Assembly: GCA_907165135.1 (NCBI GenBank)
Contig: OU015568.1
Coordinates: 3,286,001-3,350,000 of the forward strand
Source: Oikopleura dioica
Taxonomy: Eukaryota > Animalia > Chordata
DNA: 64,000 bases
Reading direction: 5' to 3'
Part shown: piece by piece, positions 35,939 to 48,924 of the stretch
Layout: every line of letters begins with the position of its first letter
How positions within the stretch are numbered: position 1 is the first letter of the stretch
Translations under genes and position numbers: made by a program
Notes under the pieces: model-generated
Told to the model about the DNA's origin: nothing
What the model saw: only the letters and a program-made list of their open reading frames with translations
Databases searched by the model: none

Positions 35939-36541
35939 GGGCCCGAAGGGCCGTCAAGCCCCTTAAACTTAAAAATCATGGAACGGGGCTGAGACGGCCC
36001 GAAGGGCCGTCAAGCCCCTTAAACTTAAAAATCATGGAACGGGGCTGAGACGGCCCGAAGGGCCGTCAAGCCCCTTAAACTTAAAAATCATGGAACGGGG
36101 CTGAGACGGCCCGAAGGGCCGTCAAGCCCCTTAAACTTAAAAATCATGGAACGGGGCTGAGACGGCCCGAAGGGCCGTCAAGCCCCTTAAACTTAAAAAT
36201 CATGGAACGGGGCTGAGACGGCCCGAAGGGCCGTCAAGCCCCTTAAACTTAAAAATCATGGAACGGGGCTGAGACGGCCCGAAGGGCCGTCAAGCCCCTT
36301 AAACTTAAAAATCATGGAACGGGGCTGAGACGGCCCGAAGGGCCGTCAAGCCCCTTAAACTTAAAAATCATGGAACGGGGCTGAGACGGCCCGAAGGGCC
36401 GTCAAGCCCCTTAAACTTAAAAATCATGGAACGGGGCTGAGACGGCCCGAAGGGCCGTCAAGCCCCTTAAACTTAAAAATCATGGAACGGGGCTGGGACG
36501 GCCCGAAGGGCCGTCAAGCCCTTAAACTTAAAAATCATGGA
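35939..36541. repeat. Minisatellite: 11 units of 56 bp, each with a GC-rich hairpin
   Basis: Unit GACGGCCCGAAGGGCCGTCAAGCCCCTTAAACTTAAAAATCATGGAACGGGGCTGA; hairpin cores spaced every 56 bp from 35941 to 36501. Confidence 0.95.
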
Positions 36542-36952
36542 ATTCATTACTGCATCATTAATAATGATAGAAATTAAAATTTTCCACAATGCTCCTGGGA
36601 AAATTTAGACGAATCCCTAACTTTAAGCCAGGAAAACGTATGACAAAAATATTGTCCCTAGAATTCTTTACCTATTTCTGGGGCATTTCGCAAGTGATAA
36701 ATAAATAATAAGCTCATTTGAGCTTAGATGAGCATGCTTCATATTCACGCTCCAGGGTCAAAGTTTGAGCTCTGAGCATGCAGCATACTCATGCTCAGCG
36801 TTTTGCAGACTCTTCTATGAGACGATGTCTACATTATCTCATATTTCGACGACCTTTATCCGCCGCAATTTCGCAACACATAAAACTTCTGTTGAATCGG
36901 AATTTAAATGAAAATGATTTTTTACCAAGATTATTTTGTCTTTAAAAATTTA

Positions 36953-38276
36953 TTAGGCTTGGCATTTGCCAGCAGGAATTTCAACAAAAGTAGCGTAGTA
37001 GAGTTCCATGTAACAGTTGTTATTGTCGGGAAGAATTATTTCGGAGTCAATCATTCCGTTTTCGTCTAACGTCGCTTTTTCCAAGGCGCAGTAACCGGCG
37101 TACCAAGACGAGTTGAATTGGGTGACAGAATTGAAATAGTTCGAGCGCTGGATAAGACTGCCCATTTCAGTCCAGATTCCTGCGGAAACGTTGTATTTAT
37201 AAGCTCCTGGGATGGTGCTTGTATCTCCTCCGATGGTTCGGCCAGCCATGACATAGACAAACTGGTCGTCGGCAGTCATCATTTGACCGCGAAGGGGAGA
37301 GATTGGGAAGTCGGTCCCGTAGGTCCAGCTATCAGAGCCCACCTCAAGAATTTCGCTTTTACTGTGACATCTTATATGGGGATCAAAATTAATACTTCAT
37401 TTTTAATTTTTATCAAAGATTTTTGATCCGTAACCAGCGTAAGTCGGTTCCAAGCAGCCGCCAACTGTAAAGAGCGATCCTCTGAAAGTGATCATTTCTG
37501 ACCAATCGTGGCTCTCATTCGCAGTCGGCAGTTGAGATTGCCTCATTCCTGGCTCCCAAGAATGGCAAGTCTTGGAGTCTTCATTTTCAACTGCGAAACA
37601 AAGAGCAACTTGCTGGTTGAAAACGCTGCAAGAGCCGAAGACGCCGTCTTGGTGGCCAACTGAGAGGCGATCGTCCTTTTTGAAGTTTGGAAAAAATAAT
37701 TTATTTAATCATTTAATGATTCTCATAAAAATTGAGCTTTCAAAACTTTCCAATATTTCGATTTCACATCCATTTCCACCAATTTTCGCCACTTGTCTTG
37801 TCCTTTGATATCCCCCAAGGAAGTAGCTCTCACCTCTGAAAATAACAGAACAGGCATCCTCAATATCTGATAATCCGTAGTCAAAGACAATTTCGGACAC
37901 ACTGTCATCTAGTGTATTTATCGCCAGCGCCTGGTCTCGGAAATGCTGCTTATGATTGAGGACCAGAATGCTCGTGTAGGAGCAGAACTTGTTTGCTCCA
38001 CAAGCATCGTTGGTAGAACACCCCTGAGGGCAGTTTGCGCCGCAAGGACAGGCAGATTGGCAGTCAAGAAACTCAGCTTGACAGCGAGTTACGCATCTGG
38101 AATCAATCATTTTACACGTAAAAAAGAAGATCTTACGAGAAATCGCCGTTATCGCAAGCATCCTTGCAGTTGTAAAAATCTCCGTCACAACTCGACTGGC
38201 ATCTCTGACCCAATGTAAAATCCTCACATCTCTGAGCAGAGGAATAAGAAAGCAAAATTGATACAGAAAGCTTCAT
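36953..38276 (-). CDS. Secreted Cys-rich plus kelch-like protein, paralog A (copy 1)
   Basis: MKLSVSILLSYSSAQ signal, CQSACPCGANCPQGC module, YFLGG / FTVGG / YVMAG blades. Confidence 0.72.
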
Positions 38277-38383
38277 TTTTTCAGATTGACCTAAATATGC
38301 ATGATTTTTTTCTTTCAGAGCCAACAGCTTGTTTTTTCTCAAGTATTAATATTCGAAAACAGGTCAAATTTTTCTAAAATTTA

Positions 38384-39110
38384 TTAAGCCTGGCATTTCC
38401 CAGCAGGAATTTCTACAAAAGTGGCATAGTACAGTTCCATGTAACAGTTGTTATTGTCAGGAAGAATGATTTCAGAGTCGATCATTCCGTTTTCGTCTAA
38501 CGTCGCCTTTTCCAAGGCGCAATAGCCAGCGTACCAGGACGAATTAAATTGAGTGACTGAATTGAGCCAGCTTGAGCGTTGAATAAGACTGCCGATTTCG
38601 CTCCAGATTCCAGATGAAACGTCGTATTTGTACGCGCTTGGGATGAGAGCGGCACCTCCTCCAATTGTCTTCCCAGCGAGGACGTAAACGAATTGGTCGT
38701 CAGCAGTCATCATGTGCCCGCGAAGAGGAGAGATGGGGAAGTCAGTACCATTTGTCCATTTCTTTGATCCAACGTCAAGAATCTCGCTTTTACCGTGGCA
38801 TCTTATTTCGGGATCAGAAATGGTTTCCTCTTGGTTGAAAAACCATGAATATTTCTGATCCCCGGCCATAGGAAATATCTTCGGAGCAGCCTCCAACCGT
38901 AAAAAGAGATCCTCTGAAATTGACCATTTCCGCCCAGTCATGACTTTCATTAGCAGTTGGGAGTTGAGTCTGCCTCATTCCAGGTTCCCAAGCAAAGCAA
39001 GTCTTGGACTCTTCGTTTTCAACGGCGAAGCAGAGAGCGACTTGGTCATCAAAAACACTGCAAGAGCCGAAAACGCCGTCTTGATGGTCAACTGAGAGAC
39101 GGTCATCCAA
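38384..39110 (-). pseudogene. 5'-truncated copy of kelch-like paralog B, cut by the duplication junction
   Basis: Matches 47623-48349 but lacks the 5' exons present at 48350-48924. Confidence 0.8.
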
Positions 39111-39120
39111 CCAGGTTAGT

Positions 39121-40193
39121 TGGAGACCAGGTTACTCTGTTCCGCCCGGTCGCCAAAGCAGCAAAGTCCAAAGGATACGACTGGATTGGACCGTTCGAAG
39201 TCGTTACTGCATCTGAACATGTTGTCAAAATCAAGGATCAGAAGCAGAATTACGACTGGGTTCACCGCGCGCACTTGCGTTACGTACCTGACAGACTGGC
39301 TCATCTTCGAAATTCCGAGTTGCAGCGTGAGCTCGAAATACTAGAATCTTCTGGCTCCGACTCGCTCAACTCTGATGAAAATCGTCCAGAAAATGCAGCT
39401 GGAACTTATTCGGAAGGTCACGATTTACTTCCAAAACTTGGGAGGCCGACTGAGAAAAATGTAAGTTCCGGAAGCAAAAAGCGGAAAGCTGGACCTACCT
39501 CAACGCAAACTCGACCGAAACGACCTCGCTCCGCAACTTTGGATCCTCCAGCTTCGTCGAATTCTTCTCGCCGAGCTTCACAAACTTCTCTTGATCTTTC
39601 TGGAACTACTTCGGGACCGATTCCGGCGCTTGTCGAACATTTCTCTAAATTAGAAGCAAGTAGACAGCGAAAATCTAGCAGGAATCGCAAAAAGACAAGC
39701 AGAATTGAAGTTGATCCGAAGAAAAAGTCGTATTAGCTCTACTCGTCTCTGATCGGCTGAGCGCGCCGTCACTGACTCATCAAAATCGTCGGGCAAAAGT
39801 CTGCGCTCTCCGAGTTCTCTGCATCTGGCTGCGCTGTGATTCGCTCTTTCGCGCGCCGCTGACTCATCGCCGGCTGCTCCGTTCCTACTCTCATCTGCTG
39901 CTACTCCTCTGCTACTCATCACCTCTACACTTCTTCCTTCTTTTCTAGAGTCTCCAATCGTCAGAAGACTTGAAGACTGGGGGAGCTGTTAGGTCAGCAA
40001 GAAGCCGTTATGATCTGATAAGGATCGAGGCGCCGCCGCTGTTTTTGCACTGCACTCAGTTCTATCTAACTCAACTTGAAATACACACCTATTTCCAGTT
40101 ATACTCGAAGATTATTCTAGAGAGCCGCAGGATCTATTAGAGAAGCAACGATACTTAGTGTAGTGGGAATCAGGAGCTATTCCTGACCTATCA
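39121..40193 (+). mobile_element. Duplicated 3' end of the LTR retrotransposon (integrase tail, 3' UTR, PPT, third LTR 39987-40193)
   Basis: Matches 29926-30998; followed by CATTG. Confidence 0.95.
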
Positions 40194-40209
40194 CATTGTT
40201 TATTCAGTA

Positions 40210-41616
40210 TCACGAGTATTCAAAATATCTGCCGCCACGTGACCTATTTTTGTACATTTTAAACAGCACGATGCCAGCAACAAAAGTCAGCCCTAGAATG
40301 CATCCAACAATCCAAGTGAATAAAAGGTCTTCTTTATGCTTTTTTAGGGCGCTCGCGACTTTTTGAAAAATATCAATTGTTCCATTTGTGAGATTTTTTC
40401 GTATTTCCGTCAATCGGCTTGTTGAAATTTGTGATTGATTGAAGGAAGAGTCCAAGACGCAGGAATTTCCAACAGAGAGGTAGCCGAACTCGCAGGCACA
40501 TTTCGGCAAGTCCGAGTTTTTCTAGAGCTTACTGTTACCCTGCGTTTATGAACTTGCTTTACTTGATTGAAACAAAGTTGATCACAAGGATTTTCTCCAA
40601 AACAAGCATCACGAAAATGTACTTCTTCAAGCTCATTGTCGTCATCATCGAAATTATCTTCTTCGAAATAATCAAAGCATTCAAATTGAGCTTTTTTGAC
40701 GAAGAAAATCTTCTCGAGGAGCTCTTCAAAATCATCGACGTGGATTATGTAGTCGATCGTTCTCTCTATTTCGTGATGAGAAAGGTTCAAATCAAAGTCA
40801 CCTAAAAACCGGTCATTTTTTGACGAATAAAAATGAGTTCATTACCAACAGCTAGGATGAAAATTTCGACTCCGATTGATTTTGCAATTTTTAATTCTTC
40901 AACTGCCAGTTTCGGTTCTGTAAATTCGCCGTCTGTAATAATGACGATTGCCTTCTTTGAGTTCTGATTTTTCTCGTCACGTGGGCAGCTTGAAAACTCA
41001 GTCATTGCTTTTCGAAGGCCAAAGTGAACATTCGTCTGGTCTTCAAAAGTATGCTCCAGTCTTTCCGAAAATTGTTAGTTTTCTACAATAGAAAAAAAGT
41101 TACCGAAAAAGGTTTTCTTTGATTTTAGAGTAGGACTGTTCTTCATTCAGACGATGGGAAATGAAAGCAGATGATCCGTAGCGAATGAGAGAGATTCTAG
41201 TGTTGAAATCATCGATAGGGAAAAGAACGGAACTCATTTTCTCAATGCTATCTTTTGCAGATTCCAGCTCTTCTCGGAAATCGAACGGCTAAAATTTAAT
41301 CAGGGAATCTTTCAATCTTCCTCTTTTACCTTGAATCGAGTAAAAAGACCAGATCAAGCGGTCTGGACTCGCATAAAAGTGGCTTCTTTTTCGAGACTTC
41401 TTCGATTTCATCCTCGTTTTCTCCACTAAAAATCTGCACGTGATCGAGGTCAACTTGATCTTCTGGAATTTTCAACGTCTCTTTTTGATCATTACTTTCG
41501 ACAATCACTGTAAATGTCGATGTATAGTGATGCTCTGTAAAAAGCGTTATGTATTTTTGGAAACCGCTTTCTGATTTGACTACTGAAAAGAGGGTTGAAA
41601 GAAAAAGAACTTTCAT
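40210..41616 (-). CDS. VWA/EGF/TM protein (copy 2; apparent 1-bp deletion in an exon near 41255)
   Basis: Duplicate of 31015-32422, except TCTTTTGCAG here versus TCTTTTTGCAG in copy 1. Confidence 0.7.
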
Positions 41617-42549
41617 TTTGTGAATTTTCCACGACGAGGTGGATTCGAATTGAAAAGGGAGGAGTGAGTCAATGAGCAAATATGACAATCATTCAAAAAA
41701 GGATGAATCCTCTTTTTTGTCAATAAATTCAAGTTTAAAATGAACAATGGAATAAAATAAAGTTTATGGTAAAAAATTTTCTGCCCACTTTTTGTTCAGT
41801 AGATTCCCAAGGCTTTCAAAGACCCGTGGCAAAAAGCAGTATTCGTTGGTGTTGTTGAAGAGCTCTCAAAGTTGGAAGTGCGCTTTGTAAGTCGCCCGGT
41901 AAAGTGGCAATTTTCGTCGATTTAGTTGCTGCAATCGACTATTTGATCGAGAGGCCCAACAATGGGAATCGAGAAAGATATCCGGAAAAAGATCCGTTCT
42001 CCCAGGCATATAAATACAACCTCCTTTCCAAAATGATATTCAGTGAAATAACCGTCCGATTTTTCCATTTTTTGCTTGATAAAGATTGTGATTTTCGAGA
42101 AAAATTGTTTGTCAACTTTCTCGCCCGAGGGCAAGTGTGACAAGGCCTCGAGCCAACGAGAGAATATGCTCAGGCAAACAAACAACCAATCAAAAGATTC
42201 CAAGAGAAACTTTCACATTTTTTCGCCTCGACTCGCGAATCTCTGCAGGCAACTTGTGGGGCGGAGAAAAGACTCGCACAAGTTAGAGGCGGAGATTTCC
42301 AAGTCGATGGTGGTAAGCTTCGAAATTCAGCCTAAAATAACTGATCACGTGACGCTGGTTAATCTCACCTGGCATATGCATTTTCAAGGAAATAGAATGC
42401 TTATGTTAGTGAGGCTGCCCGGAATCATTAAAAATCGACGCTATGGGAATTGACTCTTCCGGTCTACTAATTTTTCTGCGAATAAAAATGACTCTTCCAT
42501 CTGTCACTCTTCCATGTCTTCGTTTGCCGGCTTCCACGGAATTCTGAAA

Positions 42550-44120
42550 ATGAAAATTCCCATTTTTGCTCCAATTTTTCTCAAGGATTCAATTCTCGCC
42601 CAACTTTGTCCGTAATTCTTCTCCTTTTTGATCAACTCCTTTCAATTTTTTCTAGAGATCAAGATCTGGGAGATCTCTGCGAGTCTAATTGCAAAGAAGA
42701 TCTCCTCTCTTGCTTAGAGAACTGCTCAACAGCCGCTTGTCAAGAAGAATGTTATCTGACTGACGTTCTTTGCGAGACAAAATGTCCCTGTAACATCTAC
42801 TGTCCAAACGGATGTGAAGGTTGCGAACACCCTCTTTGCAATCAGCCCAGTTGTTTTGAAGAAAACGAGCTTGAATACGCCAACTGTGTTGAATCAGTCA
42901 AGGATAAGCTTTCAACTTGCTACGATGACTGCACTAATGAGCTGGAAATTGACTGCTATTCTGCCTGTAATGACGAGAGTCTTGCAAACATTGAAAAGTG
43001 TCCGTGCATGAGCGGCTGCGACACCGGATGTCCTTGCGAAAACTATACCTGCTCCGGGACAAGCAGAAGACTTACACATCTCGGTGTGTCCTGGCAGTAC
43101 CCAAATTACCCGCCGGTTTTTTATATGACGGATAATATGGGGCTGTCAATGGATACGGTTGAGTACGAATTTGTCGACAAGTATACTAATAGGCGCGGCT
43201 CGTTATATTTTGATCTATTCAGCGGTGGGCAAAATTATCAAAGTTGTTGCCCCCTATTTACCCTCTTGATGTCTTAGCTGGTTAAAAAGAGCCAGAAAAA
43301 AGCCTGATCTATGCAGATTTTGCTTTTCTACGCGGCGTTCTGTACATTTTCGGCGGCGATGATTACGAGTACAGCGTTCAAAAAATGAACGACGATTGCA
43401 CCATCGAGAAGGTAGACATCCGTCCAAAATATGGCCATCGAAGTATCGCGGGCATCGAGACGTTTGATGACAAAATCTGGCTGTGCTTTTACGAGTACAA
43501 AAAGTGTCAGTATTTCGATGGAGAAACGTTCGAAATCGCTGATGGAAGGACTGCTGATGATCATAACTATGGATCGCTTTGTACGTACGAGAATAATCTC
43601 GTGGGAATAGGAGGTTTGGGAAGCAACAAAGTCAGTACCGAGCTCTACTTTGGCGACTAGGGTCTGCAAAAATACGTAGTTCTATGTTGATTTGCGAACA
43701 TTTTGAAGACCCTAGCTTAGCGGAGCTTGGCTGAAACCAGCTGGTACTGATCACCCAGTCGGCCATGCGAAGGGAGAATGCTTGACTTTGGAAGATGGAG
43801 TCTTGACAATGGCAGGAGAAGAAGGGAAGGAGATCTACCTCCTACGGGATCTCAAATGGTCGAATGTCGGAAGACTTCTTACTGTAAGTTTCACTGTCTA
43901 GAACTGACGAATAGCGAGAGTTAAGGCTGTAACTGTCCCAACATTGGTGAGACTCGACGATGAGCTGATTCTTTTCGCCGGTTCCTTCACTCAAGATGTT
44001 CAAAAAATGATCTGGAATGGAGAAACAATTGAAGATGTCGAAATTATCTTCGAGCAACCAGAAGAGAAAATCTTTACTCCAATAGTTTTCGAGAGTTTTT
44101 CGAATAAATGCAAAGCTTGA
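42550..44120 (+). CDS. Secreted Cys-rich plus kelch-like protein (copy 2)
   Basis: Duplicate of 33356-34926. Confidence 0.7.
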
Positions 44121-44202
44121 ATTTTAAGCCTTAAAATTAACTAAACATATTTTACTGAAATAAATCGTTTGGGAACAGAGGGAAGAAATTGTGAGCAACA
44201 GT

Positions 44203-44472
44203 CTATTTTATGTTCATTTGATTTCTGTAGTTCGATCGAATTCGATTTCGGAGAGAGGATCTGTCGCGATTTTTACGGTTCCGTCGGCTGGAAAGGAGTC
44301 GCGCGTTTTTGTTACCAAAGTAACCCATTTCGGTGATTCTCCATTTCCGCATTTGAGAGTTTATATTGCTTCGGAGGTGGTGCATCGCATTGTTGAGATA
44401 TCGCTGGTAGCTTATTCCATCCGAGGCGACAAAAGAGACGACAAGAGCGTGAAAAAAAGATCGAAGTTGCAT
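44203..44472 (-). CDS. Small secreted cationic peptide (copy 2)
   Basis: Duplicate of 35009-35278. Confidence 0.5.
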   Translation of the reverse strand: MQLRSFFHALVVSFVASDGISYQRYLNNAMHHLRSNINSQMRKWRITEMGYFGNKNARLLSSRRNRKNRDRSSLRNRIRSNYRNQMNIK

Positions 44473-45133
44473 ATTTATTTTTTGCTTTTGCTTTTGTTGC
44501 TCTCTATATTTCGCTAAAAATACTTGCAATGTCTAAAAAAGTTTCTTTGCAAAGGCATTTTAAATTACTGGCAAATATTGAATTTCTACTGAAAACAAGT
44601 GGTCCCAGCGGGAGATCCACGAATTCATCGACTGTCATCAGCAACATCGTCTCTGGGAGGGGGTCTGGATTTCGGTCGAAATTAAATTCCTTCGCTCTAG
44701 GTCAAGGCCGCTTCGAAAATTCAAACAAGGAAGTCGCTCTGCTTCGGCTTCCTGACCCAATTCATAGTCGCTTGCGAACAGGGATGTACATTCGCAGTGG
44801 GGAAATCGCAGAAATCTTCGCAGTGCGACCTGCGAACTGCGGAATTTCGCACTTCGCAGCGCAGTCAGAGCACATGTATGCACATCGCACCGCAGTCCGC
44901 AGTTTTAGCAGAATTTTCGAAAACTGCGATTTTTCCACAGTCATTTTCCGCAGTTATTGATTAATCTCGCAGTTCGCAGACTGCGGATTCTGCGGTTATT
45001 TTCGAGCAATTTTTTCAAGTTTTTCTCTTGTGAATTAATGGAAATACACGAAAAATAGGGCGTAGTAAGAGTGGACTCCGTTTGTCCAAGTCGCCGCTCG
45101 CCCAACTTGATCAAACTTTAAATCAAAAAAGAA

Positions 45134-45787
45134 GGGCCCGAAGGGCCGTCAAGCCCCTTAAACTTAAAAATCATGGAACGGGGCTGAGACGGCCCGAAGG
45201 GCCGTCAAGCCCTTAAACTTAAAAATCATGGAACGGGGCTGAGACGGCCCGAAGGGCCGTCAAGCCCTTAAACTTAAAAATCATGGAACGGGGCTGAGAC
45301 GGCCCGAAGGGCCGTCAAGCCCCTTAAACTTAAAAATCATGGAACGGGGCTGAGACGGCCCGAAGGGCCGTCAAGCCCCTTAAACTTAAAATCATGGAAC
45401 GGGGCTGAGACGGCCCGAAGGGCCGTCAAGCCCTTAAACTTAAAAATCATGGAACGGGGCTGAGACGGCCCGAAGGGCCGTCAAGCCCCTTAAACTTAAA
45501 AATCATGGAACGGGGCTGAGACGGCCCGAAGGGCCGTCAAGCCCCTTAAACTTAAAAATCATGGAACGGGGCTGAGACGGCCCGAAGGGCCGTCAAGCCC
45601 TTAAACTTAAAATCATGGAACGGGGCTGAGACGGCCCGAAGGGCCGTCAAGCCCTTAAACTTAAAAATCATGGAACGGGGCTGAGACGGCCCGAAGGGCC
45701 GTCAAGCCCCTTAAACTTAAAAATCATGGAACGGGGCTGGGACGGCCCGAAGGGCCGTCAAGCCCCTTAAACTTAAAAATCATGGAA
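45134..45787. repeat. Minisatellite: 12 units of ~56 bp with hairpin (copy 2)
   Basis: Twelve GGCCCGAAGGGCC cores; several units are 1-2 bp shorter in their C or A runs. Confidence 0.95.
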
Positions 45788-46195
45788 TTCATTACTGCAT
45801 CATTAATAATGATAGAAATTAAAATTTTCCACAATGCTCCTGGGAAAATTTAGACGAATCCCTAACTTTAAGCCAGGAAAACGTATGACAAAAATATTGT
45901 CCCTAGAATTCTTTACCTATTTCTGGGGCATTTCGCAAGTGATAAATAAATAATAAGCTCATTTGAGCTTAGATGAGCATGCTTCATATTCACGCTCCAG
46001 GGTCAAAGTTTGAGCTCTGAGCATGCAGCATACTCATGCTCAGCGTTTTGCAGACTCTTCTATGAGACGATGTCTACATTATCTCATATTTCGACGACCT
46101 TTATCCGCCGCAATTTCGCAACACATAAAACTTCTGTTGAATCGGAATTTAAATGAAAATGATTTTTACCAAGATTATTTTGTCTTTAAAATTTA

Positions 46196-47517
46196 TTAGG
46201 CTTGGCATTTGCCAGCAGGAATTTCAACAAAAGTAGCGTAGTAGAGTTCCATGTAACAGTTGTTATTGTCGGGAAGAATTATTTCGGAGTCAATCATTCC
46301 GTTTTCGTCTAACGTCGCTTTTTCCAAGGCGCAGTAACCGGCGTACCAAGACGAGTTGAATTGGGTGACAGAATTGAAATAGTTCGAGCGCTGGATAAGA
46401 CTGCCCATTTCAGTCCAGATTCCTGCGGAAACGTTGTATTTATAAGCTCCTGGGATGGTGCTTGTATCTCCTCCGATGGTTCGGCCAGCCATGACATAGA
46501 CAAACTGGTCGTCGGCAGTCATCATTTGACCGCGAAGGGGAGAGATTGGGAAGTCGGTCCCGTAGGTCCAGCTATCAGAGCCCACCTCAAGAATTTCGCT
46601 TTTACTGTGACATCTTATATGGGGATCAAAATTAATACTTCATTTTTAATTTTTATCAAAGATTTTTGATCCGTAACCAGCGTAAGTCGGTTCCAAGCAG
46701 CCGCCAACTGTAAAGAGCGATCCTCTGAAAGTGATCATTTCTGACCAATCGTGGCTCTCATTCGCAGTCGGCAGTTGAGATTGCCTCATTCCTGGCTCCC
46801 AAGAATGGCAAGTCTTGGAGTCTTCATTTTCAACTGCGAAACAAAGAGCAACTTGCTGGTTGAAAACGCTGCAAGAGCCGAAGACGCCGTCTTGGTGGCC
46901 AACTGAGAGGCGATCGTCCTTTTGAAGTTTGGAAAAATAATTTATTTAATCATTTAATGATTCTCATAAAAATTGAGCTTTCAAAACTTTCCAATATTTC
47001 GATTTCACATCCATTTCCACCAATTTTCGCCACTTGTCTTGTCCTTTGATATCCCCCAAGGAAGTAGCTCTCACCTCTGAAAATAACAGAACAGGCATCC
47101 TCAATATCTGATAATCCGTAGTCAAAGACAATTTCGGACACACTGTCATCTAGTGTATTTATCGCCAGCGCCTGGTCTCGGAAATGCTGCTTATGATTGA
47201 GGACCAGAATGCTCGTGTAGGAGCAGAACTTGTTTGCTCCACAAGCATCGTTGGTAGAACACCCCTGAGGGCAGTTTGCGCCGCAAGGACAGGCAGATTG
47301 GCAGTCAAGAAACTCAGCTTGACAGCGAGTTACGCATCTGGAATCAATCATTTTACACGTAAAAAAGAAGATCTTACGAGAAATCGCCGTTATCGCAAGC
47401 ATCCTTGCAGTTGTAAAAATCTCCGTCACAACTCGACTGGCATCTCTGACCCAATGTAAAATCCTCACATCTCTGAGCAGAGGAATAAGAAAGCAAAATT
47501 GATACAGAAAGCTTCAT
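46196..47517 (-). CDS. Secreted Cys-rich plus kelch-like protein, paralog A (copy 2)
   Basis: Duplicate of 36953-38276. Confidence 0.72.
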
Positions 47518-47622
47518 TTTTTCAGATTGACCTAAATATGCATGATTTTTTCTTTCAGAGCCAACAGCTTGTTTTTCTCAAGTATTAATATTCGAAAACA
47601 GGTCAAATTTTTCTAAAATTTA

Positions 47623-48924
47623 TTAAGCCTGGCATTTCCCAGCAGGAATTTCTACAAAAGTGGCATAGTACAGTTCCATGTAACAGTTGTTATTGTCAGG
47701 AAGAATGATTTCAGAGTCGATCATTCCGTTTTCGTCTAACGTCGCCTTTTCCAAGGCGCAATAGCCAGCGTACCAGGACGAATTAAATTGAGTGACTGAA
47801 TTGAGCCAGCTTGAGCGTTGAATAAGACTGCCGATTTCGCTCCAGATTCCAGATGAAACGTCGTATTTGTACGCGCTTGGGATGAGAGCGGCACCTCCTC
47901 CAATTGTCTTCCCAGCGAGGACGTAAACGAATTGGTCGTCAGCAGTCATCATGTGCCCGCGAAGAGGAGAGATGGGGAAGTCAGTACCATTTGTCCATTT
48001 CTTTGATCCAACGTCAAGAATCTCGCTTTTACCGTGGCATCTTATTTCGGGATCAGAAATGGTTTCCTCTTGGTTGAAAAACCATGAATATTTCTGATCC
48101 CCGGCCATAGGAAATATCTTCGGAGCAGCCTCCAACCGTAAAAAGAGATCCTCTGAAATTGACCATTTCCGCCCAGTCATGACTTTCATTAGCAGTTGGG
48201 AGTTGAGTCTGCCTCATTCCAGGTTCCCAAGCAAAGCAAGTCTTGGACTCTTCGTTTTCAACGGCGAAGCAGAGAGCGACTTGGTCATCAAAAACACTGC
48301 AAGAGCCGAAAACGCCGTCTTGATGGTCAACTGAGAGACGGTCATCCAATACTTCGACTTCGCATCCCTCTCCTCCAATTTTCGCAACTTGGCGCGTTCT
48401 CTGATAGCCTCCAAGAAAGTAGCTTTCTCCTCGGAAAATCACGGAGCATGCATCTTCAAGATCTAAAATATTCATTTCACATACTTCTTCATCGATCGTT
48501 CTTCAAATACTTGCCGAGAAATTTGTAGTCAAAGACAACTTCGGAAACACTATCATCAAGTGTATTGATAGCCAAAGCCTGGTCGCGGAAATGTTGCTTT
48601 GGATTGAGAACCATAATGCTCGTGTAGGAGCAGAACTTGTTCCCCCCGCAGGTTTCGCTGGTAGAACATCCCTGAGGGCAGTTCGCGCCACAGGGACAGG
48701 CAGATTGGCAGTCAAGTGATTCAGCTTCGCAGCGAGTTACGCATCTAGAAGTTTTGATTTGGAAGAAAGATACTGAGAGCTTACGTGAAATCGCCGTTAT
48801 CACATGAATCCTGGCATCTGTAAAAATCTCCATTGCAAGCGGACTGACATCTCTGGCCTAAAGTGAAATCATCACAGCTCTGAGCAGAGGAAGAAGCGAG
48901 CAAAAACGATACTGAGAGCCTCAT
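47623..48924 (-). CDS. Secreted Cys-rich plus kelch-like protein, paralog B (complete)
   Basis: MRLSVSFLLASSSAQ signal; similar layout to paralog A and a nearly identical C-terminus. Confidence 0.72.

Larger units (their letters stand above)
29926..39110. repeat. Tandem segmental duplication, copy 1 (~9.2 kb)
   Basis: Near-identical to 39121-48349 (offset 9195 at the start); the ORF track is duplicated. Confidence 0.95.
39121..48349. repeat. Tandem segmental duplication, copy 2
   Basis: Near-identical to 29926-39110. The differences seen are 1-bp homopolymer indels and one extra minisatellite unit. Confidence 0.95.

Noticed and set aside
35939-36541. CRISPR-like array (palindromic repeat plus spacer)
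   Set aside because: The linkers are identical in all units, there are no cas genes and the context is eukaryotic; it is a minisatellite.
38957-39736. 259-aa ORF as a novel fusion gene
   Set aside because: It starts at TTG and is antisense kelch-gene sequence joined by chance to the integrase tail across the duplication junction.
41250-47580. 1-bp differences between duplicate copies as real pseudogenising mutations
   Set aside because: All differences seen are homopolymer-length changes, typical of under-polished long-read consensus; they cannot be trusted without reads.
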